Below are positions 7,901-14,914 of a stretch of 17,989 nt of DNA, piece after piece; within the stretch, counting starts at the first letter, position 1; the number at the start of each line of letters is the position of its first letter. Source of the DNA: a bacterium (lineage in GTDB: Bacteria > Zhuqueibacterota > Zhuqueibacteria > Oceanimicrobiales > Oceanimicrobiaceae); NCBI GenBank assembly GCA_037446635.1, contig JBBIIG010000080.1, positions 1 through 17,989 on the forward strand. The letters run 5' to 3'. Position numbers and translations under genes: made by a program. The notes beneath the pieces are model-generated. The model did no database searches. It was not told where the DNA came from and worked only from the letters and a program-made list of their open reading frames with translations.

Positions 7901-8300
7901 CGCCCATTTTCTTTCGGATCACGTCGAAGACGCCGGGCTGGGCGTCAGCGGTTTGCTGCACGCCCTCAACTACGCCGGCGTATCCACCGTGGTGCTGAAC
8001 AAGTGGCCCGGCAATCGTCCGCAAACCAGCGCTCTGTTTTTGAATTTCTACGCCAACCTCAAAGAAGGTTTGAACACGGTGGAAGCGCTGCGGCAAGCGA
8101 AGCTGACAGCGCTGGCTGATGGCAATCGCAATCCGGTATTTTGGGCGGGAGTGGTCATGTACGGCGTTCCGCGCGCAATAAAATTTGAAGGGGGCGGCGT
8201 CAGCGCGATTGTTGCGCTAACGATTGTCGGGGTGTTGATCTTGGGGGGGATGATGCTGCGGCACTATTACTTCCCTTCGCTAAAAAAAGCGCCGAACTGA
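4998..8300 (+). CDS. TPR-repeat + CHAT domain protein, exported and C-terminally membrane anchored; catalytic dyad degenerate
   Basis: Signal peptide (…VGFA|Q), many TPR-like repeats, coiled coil, then CHAT motifs LYQIAFAPI, IIAPDDVLNQAPWECL, FAISYIP, ALNYAGVSTVVLNKW, FYANL, ALRQAK, PVFWAGVVMYG, then a TM helix. Start GTG 4998 or ATG 5004. Confidence 0.92.
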   Translation: MEMKFARFLLTRTALPFACALFTVVGFAQTSPQRSRFLLAMAEAEKGDFGRAIDHLKSQIRDDSTFTTAYIRLADFFRYHDALQIGETYFVEAIALNPENANLHLGRALIAKYLGESQRAFEHSRLALELGATAPQALELLVDAALQLNNLEAMQAVFRRLKKNPQQEPLANLGLALWKFRTDNLNSAKSALHNYLNSKSDRFALKLLGDVYQQSNQLAEAISSYLNALRLTEDEASAQTISLLRSLGTAYLKNANGDSADYFLSRALLRARRFADLNEQLEIHTAFVHLNRYRQRYAYLIRDGAHAIQLAKRLQEGRRLPALFFETGAAYEKIGDHQRAIKNYVQSAAVANQFGDGHSAARGFNETGRLFTELGRWQTAQEYLHHSIEIAQNAGAEEIKHLALMNLADLHLSQGDEELAVEEYSQVLRYAQDANQRSLSQTCLMKLANLFLRAGNSGSAGHYLVLADAAAKQTLNLQNAAIIRTMQGRLALAHQDIERAETYFLDAIQLGRETGSSVSRLAGNAGLISTYLAANFIDLAAARADTALKLLDEIGLLFFEDDHAKVFDLKNDLIAPAMAAYSRLMQAQKVYAACETYKAYQHIQSLAPIRHLLAVELPDTLRWKLDDLQSQIHHKWKQAWEVWRKDVYDDVEFVNNIKREIQDTQEQLMRFRRELAASHPEFYSLVQPTPAPIAALQGRLAQWHSVLVHYLVGENSTDIVVVRPDSTLFTRVNYGSAYLKNLIEQMNPIFAEADLPPISGNGASDIKFRIDLAAQLYQIAFAPIKDWLPANSGVIIAPDDVLNQAPWECLVSDDANLTGPFDYKNARFLVEDFAISYIPYANFLNWPYGRAAYKQKSLWAVSGPALEQEVNNQHGRDEAQLLDQEARRLSSLVGNSDVLTPSRGAKMRFLNRASIYQALHFAGAAAIEDGSPLYSKIYLWDSSSGRDSIECRDLFDVNLSADLMTMSAAHFLSDHVEDAGLGVSGLLHALNYAGVSTVVLNKWPGNRPQTSALFLNFYANLKEGLNTVEALRQAKLTALADGNRNPVFWAGVVMYGVPRAIKFEGGGVSAIVALTIVGVLILGGMMLRHYYFPSLKKAPN

Positions 8301-8317
8301 TTTTTCAAACCGTACTT

Positions 8318-8414
8318 TTAACCGCAAAGAACGCAACGCTCGCGCAAAGACCGCTTATAAAACCCAATCCTTTCCTTGCGATCCTTGACGTTTTCTTAGC
8401 GACCTTTGCGTTAA
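8318..8414. repeat. REP-like CGCAAAG inverted-repeat hairpin between convergent genes
   Basis: TTAACCGCAAAGAACGCAA…CGCAAAGACCGC faces CTTGCGATCCTTG…GCGACCTTTGCGTTAA. Confidence 0.6.
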
Positions 8415-8449
8415 TTAGTTGCGCTGCGTCTCAGCGCGCTCGCGGTGAC

Positions 8450-9949
8450 TTACCAATTTTTTTCGTACTTATTTTTGAAGTCGAGGATGCTGTTAAAAAT
8501 GGCCTCGGCCATCTCCTCTTGAAAAGAAGAGGATTTGAGGAGTTTTTCTTCCCGACTGTTTGAAAGAAACGCGGTTTCCACCAGCACGTTGGGCATGGAG
8601 GCGCCCACCATCACATAAAATCCCGCCTGTTTCACGCCGCGGTTCGGCAGCTTGGTGCGTTTTTCGATGGCGTTTTGAATCATCGCGGCGAAATCCTGGC
8701 TCTCTTTGTTGTAATCGTTCTGCGCCATGGCCGCGAGGATTTTCATCTCCGCGGAATAATCTGCCGCGTCGCCGTTGCTGGCGTCGTAACTGATCACCGC
8801 ATTTTCGCGCTGCGCGATATCCGCCGCTTCCTCGGATTTTGCCAATCCCAAAAAATAAGTGGTGGCGCCGCCAACCTGAGGGTTGCGGTTCCAGTTGGCG
8901 TGAATGCTGATGAAGAGCTTGCCGCCTTTTTTGTTAGCGAATTGGGTGCGCTCTTTGAGAGAAATGTATTCGTCGTTTTCACGCGTCATGAAAACTTCGA
9001 TGTCGCTTTTCTTTTCGATGAGCTTTTTTAACTTTTTGGCGATGCCTAACGTCACATCTTTTTCACGGACGCCGCTGCGGCCGTGGGTGCCCGGATCGCG
9101 GCCGCCGTGCCCGGGATCGATGACGACGCGATCGATCTTCCACTTCTCGCGATCGGTTTTGAGCTTCTCGATGAGGTTGCTGTTCGATTTCTCCGGATTG
9201 GGAATCGAAAGCCAAATTTCATTTTGGTGTTGGCTAATGGTCAGGTCTTTGGCGGCGATATCTCTGTTGAGCTGAAACGAAAGCTGCACCATCTGCTCCA
9301 TCTGCAGCGGCACAATTTGTTTCACCAGGCCTTTTTGAATTTCGGTTTTAAATGATTTGCTGTCGAGCTTGCCCTCGAGCACGTCCAAATAAAGCCAGCC
9401 ACGGCTGTAGCGCGTGCTGATGTTGCTGGCGGGAAAATTTCGGCGGGTTTTAACGACGATGAGCGTGCCGTTGGTTTTCTCTTCCACCGCTACGCCCAAC
9501 AAGTTTACGCCTGGCGTGAGATCCGGAGAAGCGCCGCCGGCGAGCCACCCGGTGCGCGCGATCACATCACGCAGAATAGGGATAAAAAATTTGACGGGGA
9601 GAAAGATATCGCCGTCAGCGTACTCAGCGTCAACCGGCATCTGCAAAATCGTTTGCCCCACCAAAACATAGGGATTATGGGCGGTGACGGTGATTTTTTC
9701 TTCCCCAAAATACAAAATCGCTTTTCTGACTTTGCTGCTGTAGTAGGTTTGCGCGGCCAACACTTCCGCCGTCTCCTGCAGGCTGACGTACGGCAAGCCG
9801 TTGACCTGGCGCGCGCGGGCGTTCAATTTGGTTTCCCATTCCGGGTTTTGAGAAAAAACGAGTGCGGGTGAGAGAAAGAGTAGAGAAAAAAACAAGTGGG
9901 CTGTACCGAAAAACTTCTTGTTGCGGTCTCCGGGAAGAGTGACGCTCAT
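8450..9949 (-). CDS. N-acetylmuramoyl-L-alanine amidase (Amidase_3, AmiA/AmiC-like), periplasmic
   Basis: VVIDPGHGGRDPG, REKDVTL, LFISIHAN, VKQAGFYVM and NVLVETAFLSN motifs, plus a signal peptide. Starts 12 nt after the rhomboid stop. Confidence 0.95.
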   Translation of the reverse strand: MSVTLPGDRNKKFFGTAHLFFSLLFLSPALVFSQNPEWETKLNARARQVNGLPYVSLQETAEVLAAQTYYSSKVRKAILYFGEEKITVTAHNPYVLVGQTILQMPVDAEYADGDIFLPVKFFIPILRDVIARTGWLAGGASPDLTPGVNLLGVAVEEKTNGTLIVVKTRRNFPASNISTRYSRGWLYLDVLEGKLDSKSFKTEIQKGLVKQIVPLQMEQMVQLSFQLNRDIAAKDLTISQHQNEIWLSIPNPEKSNSNLIEKLKTDREKWKIDRVVIDPGHGGRDPGTHGRSGVREKDVTLGIAKKLKKLIEKKSDIEVFMTRENDEYISLKERTQFANKKGGKLFISIHANWNRNPQVGGATTYFLGLAKSEEAADIAQRENAVISYDASNGDAADYSAEMKILAAMAQNDYNKESQDFAAMIQNAIEKRTKLPNRGVKQAGFYVMVGASMPNVLVETAFLSNSREEKLLKSSSFQEEMAEAIFNSILDFKNKYEKNW

Positions 9950-9961
9950 GTTTAATCGACT

Positions 9962-10822
9962 TTAGTTTTCGGGTTCCTTTTGCCGACTTAGCTGCTCGCT
10001 GGCTTCCTGCAAAATGCGTTTTTCATCGGCGTTGAGCTTATCGTAGCCGACCTCGTTGATTTTGTCGAGAATGGCATCGACGCGCTCGCGAAAGCGCTGC
10101 ATGTTCTGCTCCTTCTTAATCTTCTGCAGCAGCTGCCGCGATTCGCGTTTTCTCCGCAGCCAGGTGCCAAAATAATCTAACCGCCAATCCAGCTTCAGAA
10201 AAATGAAGCCGGTCGCGGCGCCGCCGAGATGGGCAAAATGGGCGACACCTTTGTCAAGGCCCACCACGCCGTAGAACAATGAGATGCCAACGAAGATCAT
10301 CACTAAATATTTTGCGAGAATTTGCACCGGCAAAATAAAAAACAGCAACAAGGTGATGTGGCGATCCGGAAAGAGCACCGCGAAGGCCACCATCACGCCA
10401 TAAATGGCGCCGGAGGCTCCGACGACCGGCACCGGCGAATCATAATAAATTATCAGGTGCAACAAGCCGGCGCCGATTCCACAGATCAGATAGTATTTTA
10501 TGAATTGCCGAAATCCCAGCGTCCGCTCCACTTCACAGCCAAACATCCAATGCACGAACATGTTGAACAGCAAGTGCAACAAACCGCTTTGATCATGCAA
10601 AAACATATAGCTGAAAAGCGGCCAAATCTGGAATTTTGAAAAGAACCACGCCGGGTGCAGGCCAAAGAATTTTATCAACAGCGGCTCCGGCCCGGACCCG
10701 AACAGCATTTCCATTAAATGCTGAAGAACATACACCACGCAATTAATGATGAGCAGGTACTTTACGGCCGTGGTCATGCCGCCGCCAAAACCAAACCGAA
10801 CCGAGCGCTCATAATAGGCCAT
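9962..10822 (-). CDS. Rhomboid family intramembrane serine protease with C-terminal DUF6576-like tail
   Basis: Multiple TM helices, FLH…HLLFNM, catalytic GASGA and AHLGG, tail VDAILDKINEVGYDKL. Confidence 0.95.
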   Translation of the reverse strand: MAYYERSVRFGFGGGMTTAVKYLLIINCVVYVLQHLMEMLFGSGPEPLLIKFFGLHPAWFFSKFQIWPLFSYMFLHDQSGLLHLLFNMFVHWMFGCEVERTLGFRQFIKYYLICGIGAGLLHLIIYYDSPVPVVGASGAIYGVMVAFAVLFPDRHITLLLFFILPVQILAKYLVMIFVGISLFYGVVGLDKGVAHFAHLGGAATGFIFLKLDWRLDYFGTWLRRKRESRQLLQKIKKEQNMQRFRERVDAILDKINEVGYDKLNADEKRILQEASEQLSRQKEPEN

Positions 10823-10996
10823 GATGTATTTGCCGCCTTGTTGAAGGATTAATCGGTTTTTTTTAATTCAAACATCAAATACCAAACCAGAAGATAAATT
10901 GCGGAATCAAGACCGTCGCTGTGATGGCTTTTTGATGGTGGGGGCTACGTCTTTTTACAACTCCTTGCTAATCACCGTCCACAAAAAAACTGAATG

Positions 10997-11025
10997 ATTG
11001 TAGGAATTAACCGTCTAAAAGTCAA
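10997..11025 (-). promoter_or_regulatory. Sigma70 promoter of the rhomboid-amidase operon
   Basis: On -: TTGACT (11025-11020), 17-nt spacer, TACAAT (11002-10997). Confidence 0.72.
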
Positions 11026-11204
11026 GGGAAAAAATCTTTCACCATCCGCTGGCAATAACCCCGTCTTTCTCAAAAAGGCGGCACGCCGATCGAATTGGAA
11101 AGCATAGAGCGAATTTTACGCTCCGCACTCTACCCTTTGCAGCAATCTATTTTGCTCAAAACGCTTTGCGTCCGTGAGCACCGCGCTCGCCCGACGAGCT
11201 CGAT

Positions 11205-11480
11205 TTAATGACGCCGATCGTAGGCAATGCCCTTTTCCACTTCGTTGATGGCCTTGCGCACGTGTTCCAGCGCTTTCTTGCGATGCCCGCCTTTATCGGC
11301 GGTGGCTTTTTCCAACTGCTCTTTGGCGGTTTGTAGAGCCTCCAACGCCGCTTTCATGTGCGGCTGCTGCGCCAACGCGCGCTGAGATAGATACCCGCCA
11401 GCTAAAAACGCCGCCATTATCGCGGTGACCACGAGCCAAATGCGAGCAGCTTTGAGAGCTTGAGCTAATTTTGTTTTCAT
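11205..11480 (-). CDS. Small secreted helical protein of the QPHM…KGGHR type, function unknown
   Basis: RBS AAGGAG, signal peptide ending ALA|Q, mature QQPHMKAALEALQTAKEQLEKATADKGGHRKKALEHVRKAINEVEKGI. Confidence 0.85.
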   Translation of the reverse strand: MKTKLAQALKAARIWLVVTAIMAAFLAGGYLSQRALAQQPHMKAALEALQTAKEQLEKATADKGGHRKKALEHVRKAINEVEKGIAYDRRH

Positions 11481-11593
11481 ACTTTCTCCTTAGAAAATGA
11501 GGGGGGTTGTCAAAAGTTTTGATTAATATTCAAATTTAAGCTCAATCTTGGTAAATAGGGATTCAGGGGTGGGTAACTTAAAAGCTTACTAAG

Positions 11594-11749
11594 TACATGA
11601 TTTCATAATTACGATTGCGTATTGGTGGCGCTAACAATTGGATCCGACACTGTTTGCAACAGTGTATTGGAGCGTCGTTAAGACAAACACTTTCAAACTG
11701 TGTTAGGAACCGTTTCAATAATACGTATCTGAATTTATGAAATCGTGTA
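11594..11749. mobile_element. MITE-like non-autonomous element (~156 bp)
   Basis: Terminal inverted repeats TACATGATTTCATAA / TTATGAAATCGTGTA (14 of 15 match). Flanked on both sides by direct repeat CTAAG (11589-11593, 11750-11754). AT-rich, noncoding, internally palindromic. Confidence 0.65.
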
Positions 11750-11780
11750 CTAAGCTTTGATGCGATTTCATAAATCGCCC

Positions 11781-13022
11781 CTACATGACCAGGATCATTT
11801 TTTTGATTTCAGAATGCGCGCCACTGGTGAGTTTGTAAAAATAAATCCCAGACGCAAGGCCCGTGGCGTCAAACGAAAGGCTGTAGCTGCCGGGCGTTTT
11901 ATGATCATTGACGAGGGTGCGGTTTTCCCGGCCGCGGAGATCGTAAAGCTTTAGCGTCACCTGGCCAGCTTGAAAGATTTCATATTTGATGGTTGTGCGC
12001 GGATTAAATGGGTTGGGATAGTTTTGATGAAGCGCGAACCGCCGCGGCTGCTGCGGTTCGTCTTCTACCGGCGTCGGATCCAACGGCAGAAACCACAGGC
12101 CGTCGAGGCGGCCGGCATACAGGCGATTATTATACACGGCAATGTCGAACGTCAGCGGCGTTTCTTCGCGAAACTCCCAGCGCTCGCCGGCATTGGCGCT
12201 TTCATAGAAATAGCTTTCACCGATCTTCGACAAACAAACGAAAACCAGCGCATCGAATTCCGCGAACTCTGCCAATTGAATGATGCCGACGCCGGCATCG
12301 AAATCATCCCAGGTGTCGCCGTTGTTGATACTGCGATAAAGATGGCCGATGGAGCTGCCGCCCAACAGCGCGCCGGATTTCTTGAACAAGCCCATCATGC
12401 CGAGTCCGCGCGGATCGAATTCCGCAAACTCAGTTTCATTCCACTGATTGGAAATTCTCTCGTTACGATAGATTTTGGCGTTCAGCCCGGCGCCGCTGAT
12501 GAGCACGCCATCGTTATTGAATAATGAGTTGATGTTCCAGGCAAGGCTGAAGGGCAGGCCATCACGAAACGGCTGCCAATTCGAGGCGCCGTTCAAATCC
12601 AACACGTACACGGCAGCGCCGCTGGTGCCGAGGTAGAGGCTGTCGCCGCGGGCGGCAAATTCGATGGCCACCAGCGCGCCGGTGTCCGTCAAGCCGCCGC
12701 TGCGGTGCGTCCAACTCTGGCCGTGAGTGTTGCTTTCGAACACGCCCTGTCCGAACGTGCCGATAAACAGCCGGCCGCCGGCTTTGATGATGGCGTTGAT
12801 GCCATCGTTTTGCGGATCGGTTTCCGCGGTGGGCGTCCACTGCACGCCGCCGTCGCTGGTGAAATACAGCTGGTCGAACGCGCCGACGTAGAGTGTATCG
12901 CCATCCACGTGCAGCGCCTGAATTTCAACGCTGGGGATGGCTTCGACTTTCGTCCACTGGGCGGCGAGGCGGTTGGCACCGGCGAAAACGAAAAGAGTGA
13001 CAAGCAGGATTTGAGGTTTCAT
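11781..13022 (-). CDS. Secreted beta-propeller (BNR/Asp-box-like repeats) protein with T9SS type A-like C-terminal sorting domain
   Basis: Signal peptide (LAA|Q). Repeats FTSDGGVQW, ESNTHGQSW, RSINNGDTW, ESANAGERW. C-terminal FALHQNYPNPFNPRTTIKY…LASGIYFYKL…KKMILVM. RBS GGAGG. Confidence 0.92.
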   Translation of the reverse strand: MKPQILLVTLFVFAGANRLAAQWTKVEAIPSVEIQALHVDGDTLYVGAFDQLYFTSDGGVQWTPTAETDPQNDGINAIIKAGGRLFIGTFGQGVFESNTHGQSWTHRSGGLTDTGALVAIEFAARGDSLYLGTSGAAVYVLDLNGASNWQPFRDGLPFSLAWNINSLFNNDGVLISGAGLNAKIYRNERISNQWNETEFAEFDPRGLGMMGLFKKSGALLGGSSIGHLYRSINNGDTWDDFDAGVGIIQLAEFAEFDALVFVCLSKIGESYFYESANAGERWEFREETPLTFDIAVYNNRLYAGRLDGLWFLPLDPTPVEDEPQQPRRFALHQNYPNPFNPRTTIKYEIFQAGQVTLKLYDLRGRENRTLVNDHKTPGSYSLSFDATGLASGIYFYKLTSGAHSEIKKMILVM

Positions 13023-13192
13023 TGGCTTCCCTCCAGTTTAGCGCAAAAAATAGGAAAAACAAGGAAGGCCATCAAGAGATATTTCTCAACTATTAATTTG
13101 TTCGCTAATATCCAAAAACTTGCGCGGTTCATCCCTTCGCAAGTCCATGTTTAGCTTGACATTTATTGAGCGTCAAGCAAGTTCAAACTATG

Positions 13193-13351
13193 TCAAACTA
13201 AAGTTTGGCACTTCCACTGATCGCTTACAGCGCTGCCGATGACGCGATAGCCTTCGCGGAGCGCGCGAAAGGTAACTGCGCGAATCGCCAGGTTCAGTCC
13301 GGGAACGTCGCCGCCGCCGGTCAAAATTCCAATCGTTCCTTTGTAAGCCAT
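13193..13351 (-). pseudogene. pfkA: 5' fragment of 6-phosphofructokinase gene
   Basis: Manual translation: RBS AAGGAGG, then [39 protein letters not shown] (canonical PfkA-family N-terminus), then unrelated [13 protein letters not shown] and stop. The rest of the gene is absent. Confidence 0.85.
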
Positions 13352-13490
13352 GGGTTTTCAACCTCCTTCAAAAGTCATAAATTCAATGGTGAGAAATTAA
13401 AAATAATTGGCTCAAGTGCAAGAAAAATATTGCGTCAAAATCTGTGTTTGAATAATAGTACGGGAATGCAACAGCGGATGCAGAGGATAG

Positions 13491-13523
13491 AAATAAAATA
13501 GGCCGGAGTTTGCCTCCGGCCTA
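13491..13523 (-). terminator. Intrinsic terminator of the DUF1326 gene
   Basis: Perfect 10-bp stem TAGGCCGGAG / CTCCGGCCTA (13499-13523), followed on - by TTTTATTT. Confidence 0.8.
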
Positions 13524-13556
13524 CAAATGTTGTTGAAGTCCGCGAAATAACGTGTG

Positions 13557-14303
13557 CTATTTTTCGGACATCTTCTCTTGGCTAAAATCTGCCGAAGCCA
13601 AATCCACGGTGATCATGAAACCGTTGCTGTCCTTGAACTCAAACGGCTTGTCGCCGGCGCGATAAGCATGCAGCTGGTTCGGCATCAGCACAAAACCGTC
13701 GTTGCGCGGCGCGCCCCAATAACGGAGATTTTTTATCACCGTCGGCTCTTTGGTCATGGCCGTGGGATTGTGTTGGAGGGTGATTTCCGCGGCTTTGCCA
13801 TCATCGAGTTTGGCGACCGCCCGTTCGGTGGTGGCTTCCCAGTGAATCGGCGCATCCGCTCCCACTCCAAATGATTTCCACTGCACCGGGAACAGGTGTT
13901 TGCCGACGATGGTGGCAATAGCATCGCGCTGCTCTTTGGTGACGCTGGGATCGAAGGTGAGCACCGCCCAATCCATTTGACCGGTGGAGAAGTCGCCGCC
14001 GAGGTCACCAGCAATCCAGAACTTGGCGCCGTCGAGCTTGGTGCTGCCGAACTGGCCTTTGTTCACCTTGTAACCCATGTTGAATTTGCAGAAGTGCTCC
14101 ATTTCACCGTGGCCGCCATGGCCGCCGTGGCCCGCCGGCTTGGTGTTGAAATAACATTGGCAGAACATCGGGCAACTGCATGCCTCGATGGCGGTGGCGT
14201 TGAACGACCACTCCGGGGTTGTTGTCTGCGATGCGGCCGGAGCAGATAGCAACAAAATTCCCCCAAAAACCGCGACTATCGAGAAAAATGCGACGCACTT
14301 CAT
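13557..14303 (-). CDS. DUF1326 domain protein, secreted
   Basis: EACSCPMFCQCYF…C motif, GQFGSTKLDG and EQRDAI segments typical of DUF1326. Signal peptide, RBS GAGGAGG. Confidence 0.85.
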   Translation of the reverse strand: MKCVAFFSIVAVFGGILLLSAPAASQTTTPEWSFNATAIEACSCPMFCQCYFNTKPAGHGGHGGHGEMEHFCKFNMGYKVNKGQFGSTKLDGAKFWIAGDLGGDFSTGQMDWAVLTFDPSVTKEQRDAIATIVGKHLFPVQWKSFGVGADAPIHWEATTERAVAKLDDGKAAEITLQHNPTAMTKEPTVIKNLRYWGAPRNDGFVLMPNQLHAYRAGDKPFEFKDSNGFMITVDLASADFSQEKMSEK

Positions 14304-14461
14304 AAAACCTCCTCTGGTTTTGGATTAAAAATAACGGAACTAAGCTGAGTGCATTGAACCACGATGTCTTTAAAAGCTGAGTTTCTCATGAAGTGAGGCC
14401 ACTCTGATATTAGGCCTGCTAAATTCAATAAAGTAATAATAAATTTGAATTGCAAGAAATT

Positions 14462-14661
14462 TTATTGGCCAATCAGCGCCGCGCCAATTACGCCAGCGGA
14501 ATCGCCCAACTGGTGTTTGACAATAGGCGTTTCAAAGGAATCGCTGAACACGCATTTCGCAACTTCGCGCACGCCCTCGCTGTAAAGCTCAGCGATGTTG
14601 GAAAGGCCCCGCCTAACCCGATGATATCGGGATCGAGAATGTTGATCAAATTTCCGAGTGC
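14462..14661 (-). pseudogene. Frameshifted 3' fragment of a ROK-family sugar kinase (Mak/fructokinase-like)
   Basis: ALGNLINILDPDIIGLGG, then an apparent 1-nt deletion in the G-run (C-run on +, 14607-14610), then GLSNIAELY…VFSDSFETPIVKHQLGDSAGVIGAALIGQ and stop. The N-terminal ATP-binding part is missing. Confidence 0.82.
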
Positions 14662-14707
14662 GCAGCAATCACGAAGCAGGTGTTGACAACCGTTTTATCT
14701 TGCGCCA

Positions 14708-14736
14708 ATTATATCGAAAAATTCCAGAAAAGTCAA
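14708..14736 (-). promoter_or_regulatory. Near-consensus sigma70 promoter pointing into the ROK remnant and DUF1326 gene
   Basis: On -: TTGACT (14736-14731), 17-nt spacer, TATAAT (14713-14708). Confidence 0.72.
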
Positions 14737-14914
14737 CATCTCGCACCGGCAAATTTTGCAAATGAAAAAGACAACTTTTTTTTGCGCTGCCTGTCTTAAT
14801 AACGTAAGACGTAACTTCGCAAATGAAGGCATTGTTTATAAGGCTTGCGACTCGTCTTAATTTTCAACCAAAAATTTCAAATAGCTTGGACGGCCTAATT
14901 TTGGAGTCATTACC

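Noticed and set aside
4998..8300. TPR-CHAT as a CRISPR type III-E (Craspase) or anti-phage caspase effector
   Set aside because: No cas genes or array in the window. The protein has a signal peptide and TM anchor, and its dyad is degenerate.
11098..11140. Degenerate heptamer repeat hairpin (AGCATAGAGCG…CGCTCCGCACTCTACCCTTTGC)
   Set aside because: Too short and degenerate to call with confidence.
11628..11708. Integron attC site (CTAAC…GTTAG)
   Set aside because: Ends do not fit RYYYAAC/GTTRRRY exactly, there are no clear L boxes, and there is no integrase or cassette array.
11581..11758. 6S RNA or retron msr/msd interpretation of the long rod
   Set aside because: No recognisable 6S central-bubble motifs or typical neighbours, and no reverse transcriptase. 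TIR plus duplicated target fits a MITE better. An Rfam scan would settle it.
13154..13178. GCTTGAC-N11-GTCAAGC palindrome as an FNR/CRP site
   Set aside because: Spacing does not match TTGAT-N4-ATCAA or TGTGA-N6-TCACA. It could be chance or an unknown operator.
13205..13501. 98-aa ORF on +
   Set aside because: Antisense to the pfkA remnant, which explains the sequence better.
14770..14798. ECF-sigma-like promoter GACAAC-N16-TGTC upstream of DUF5916
   Set aside because: Motif too short to distinguish from chance without comparative data.
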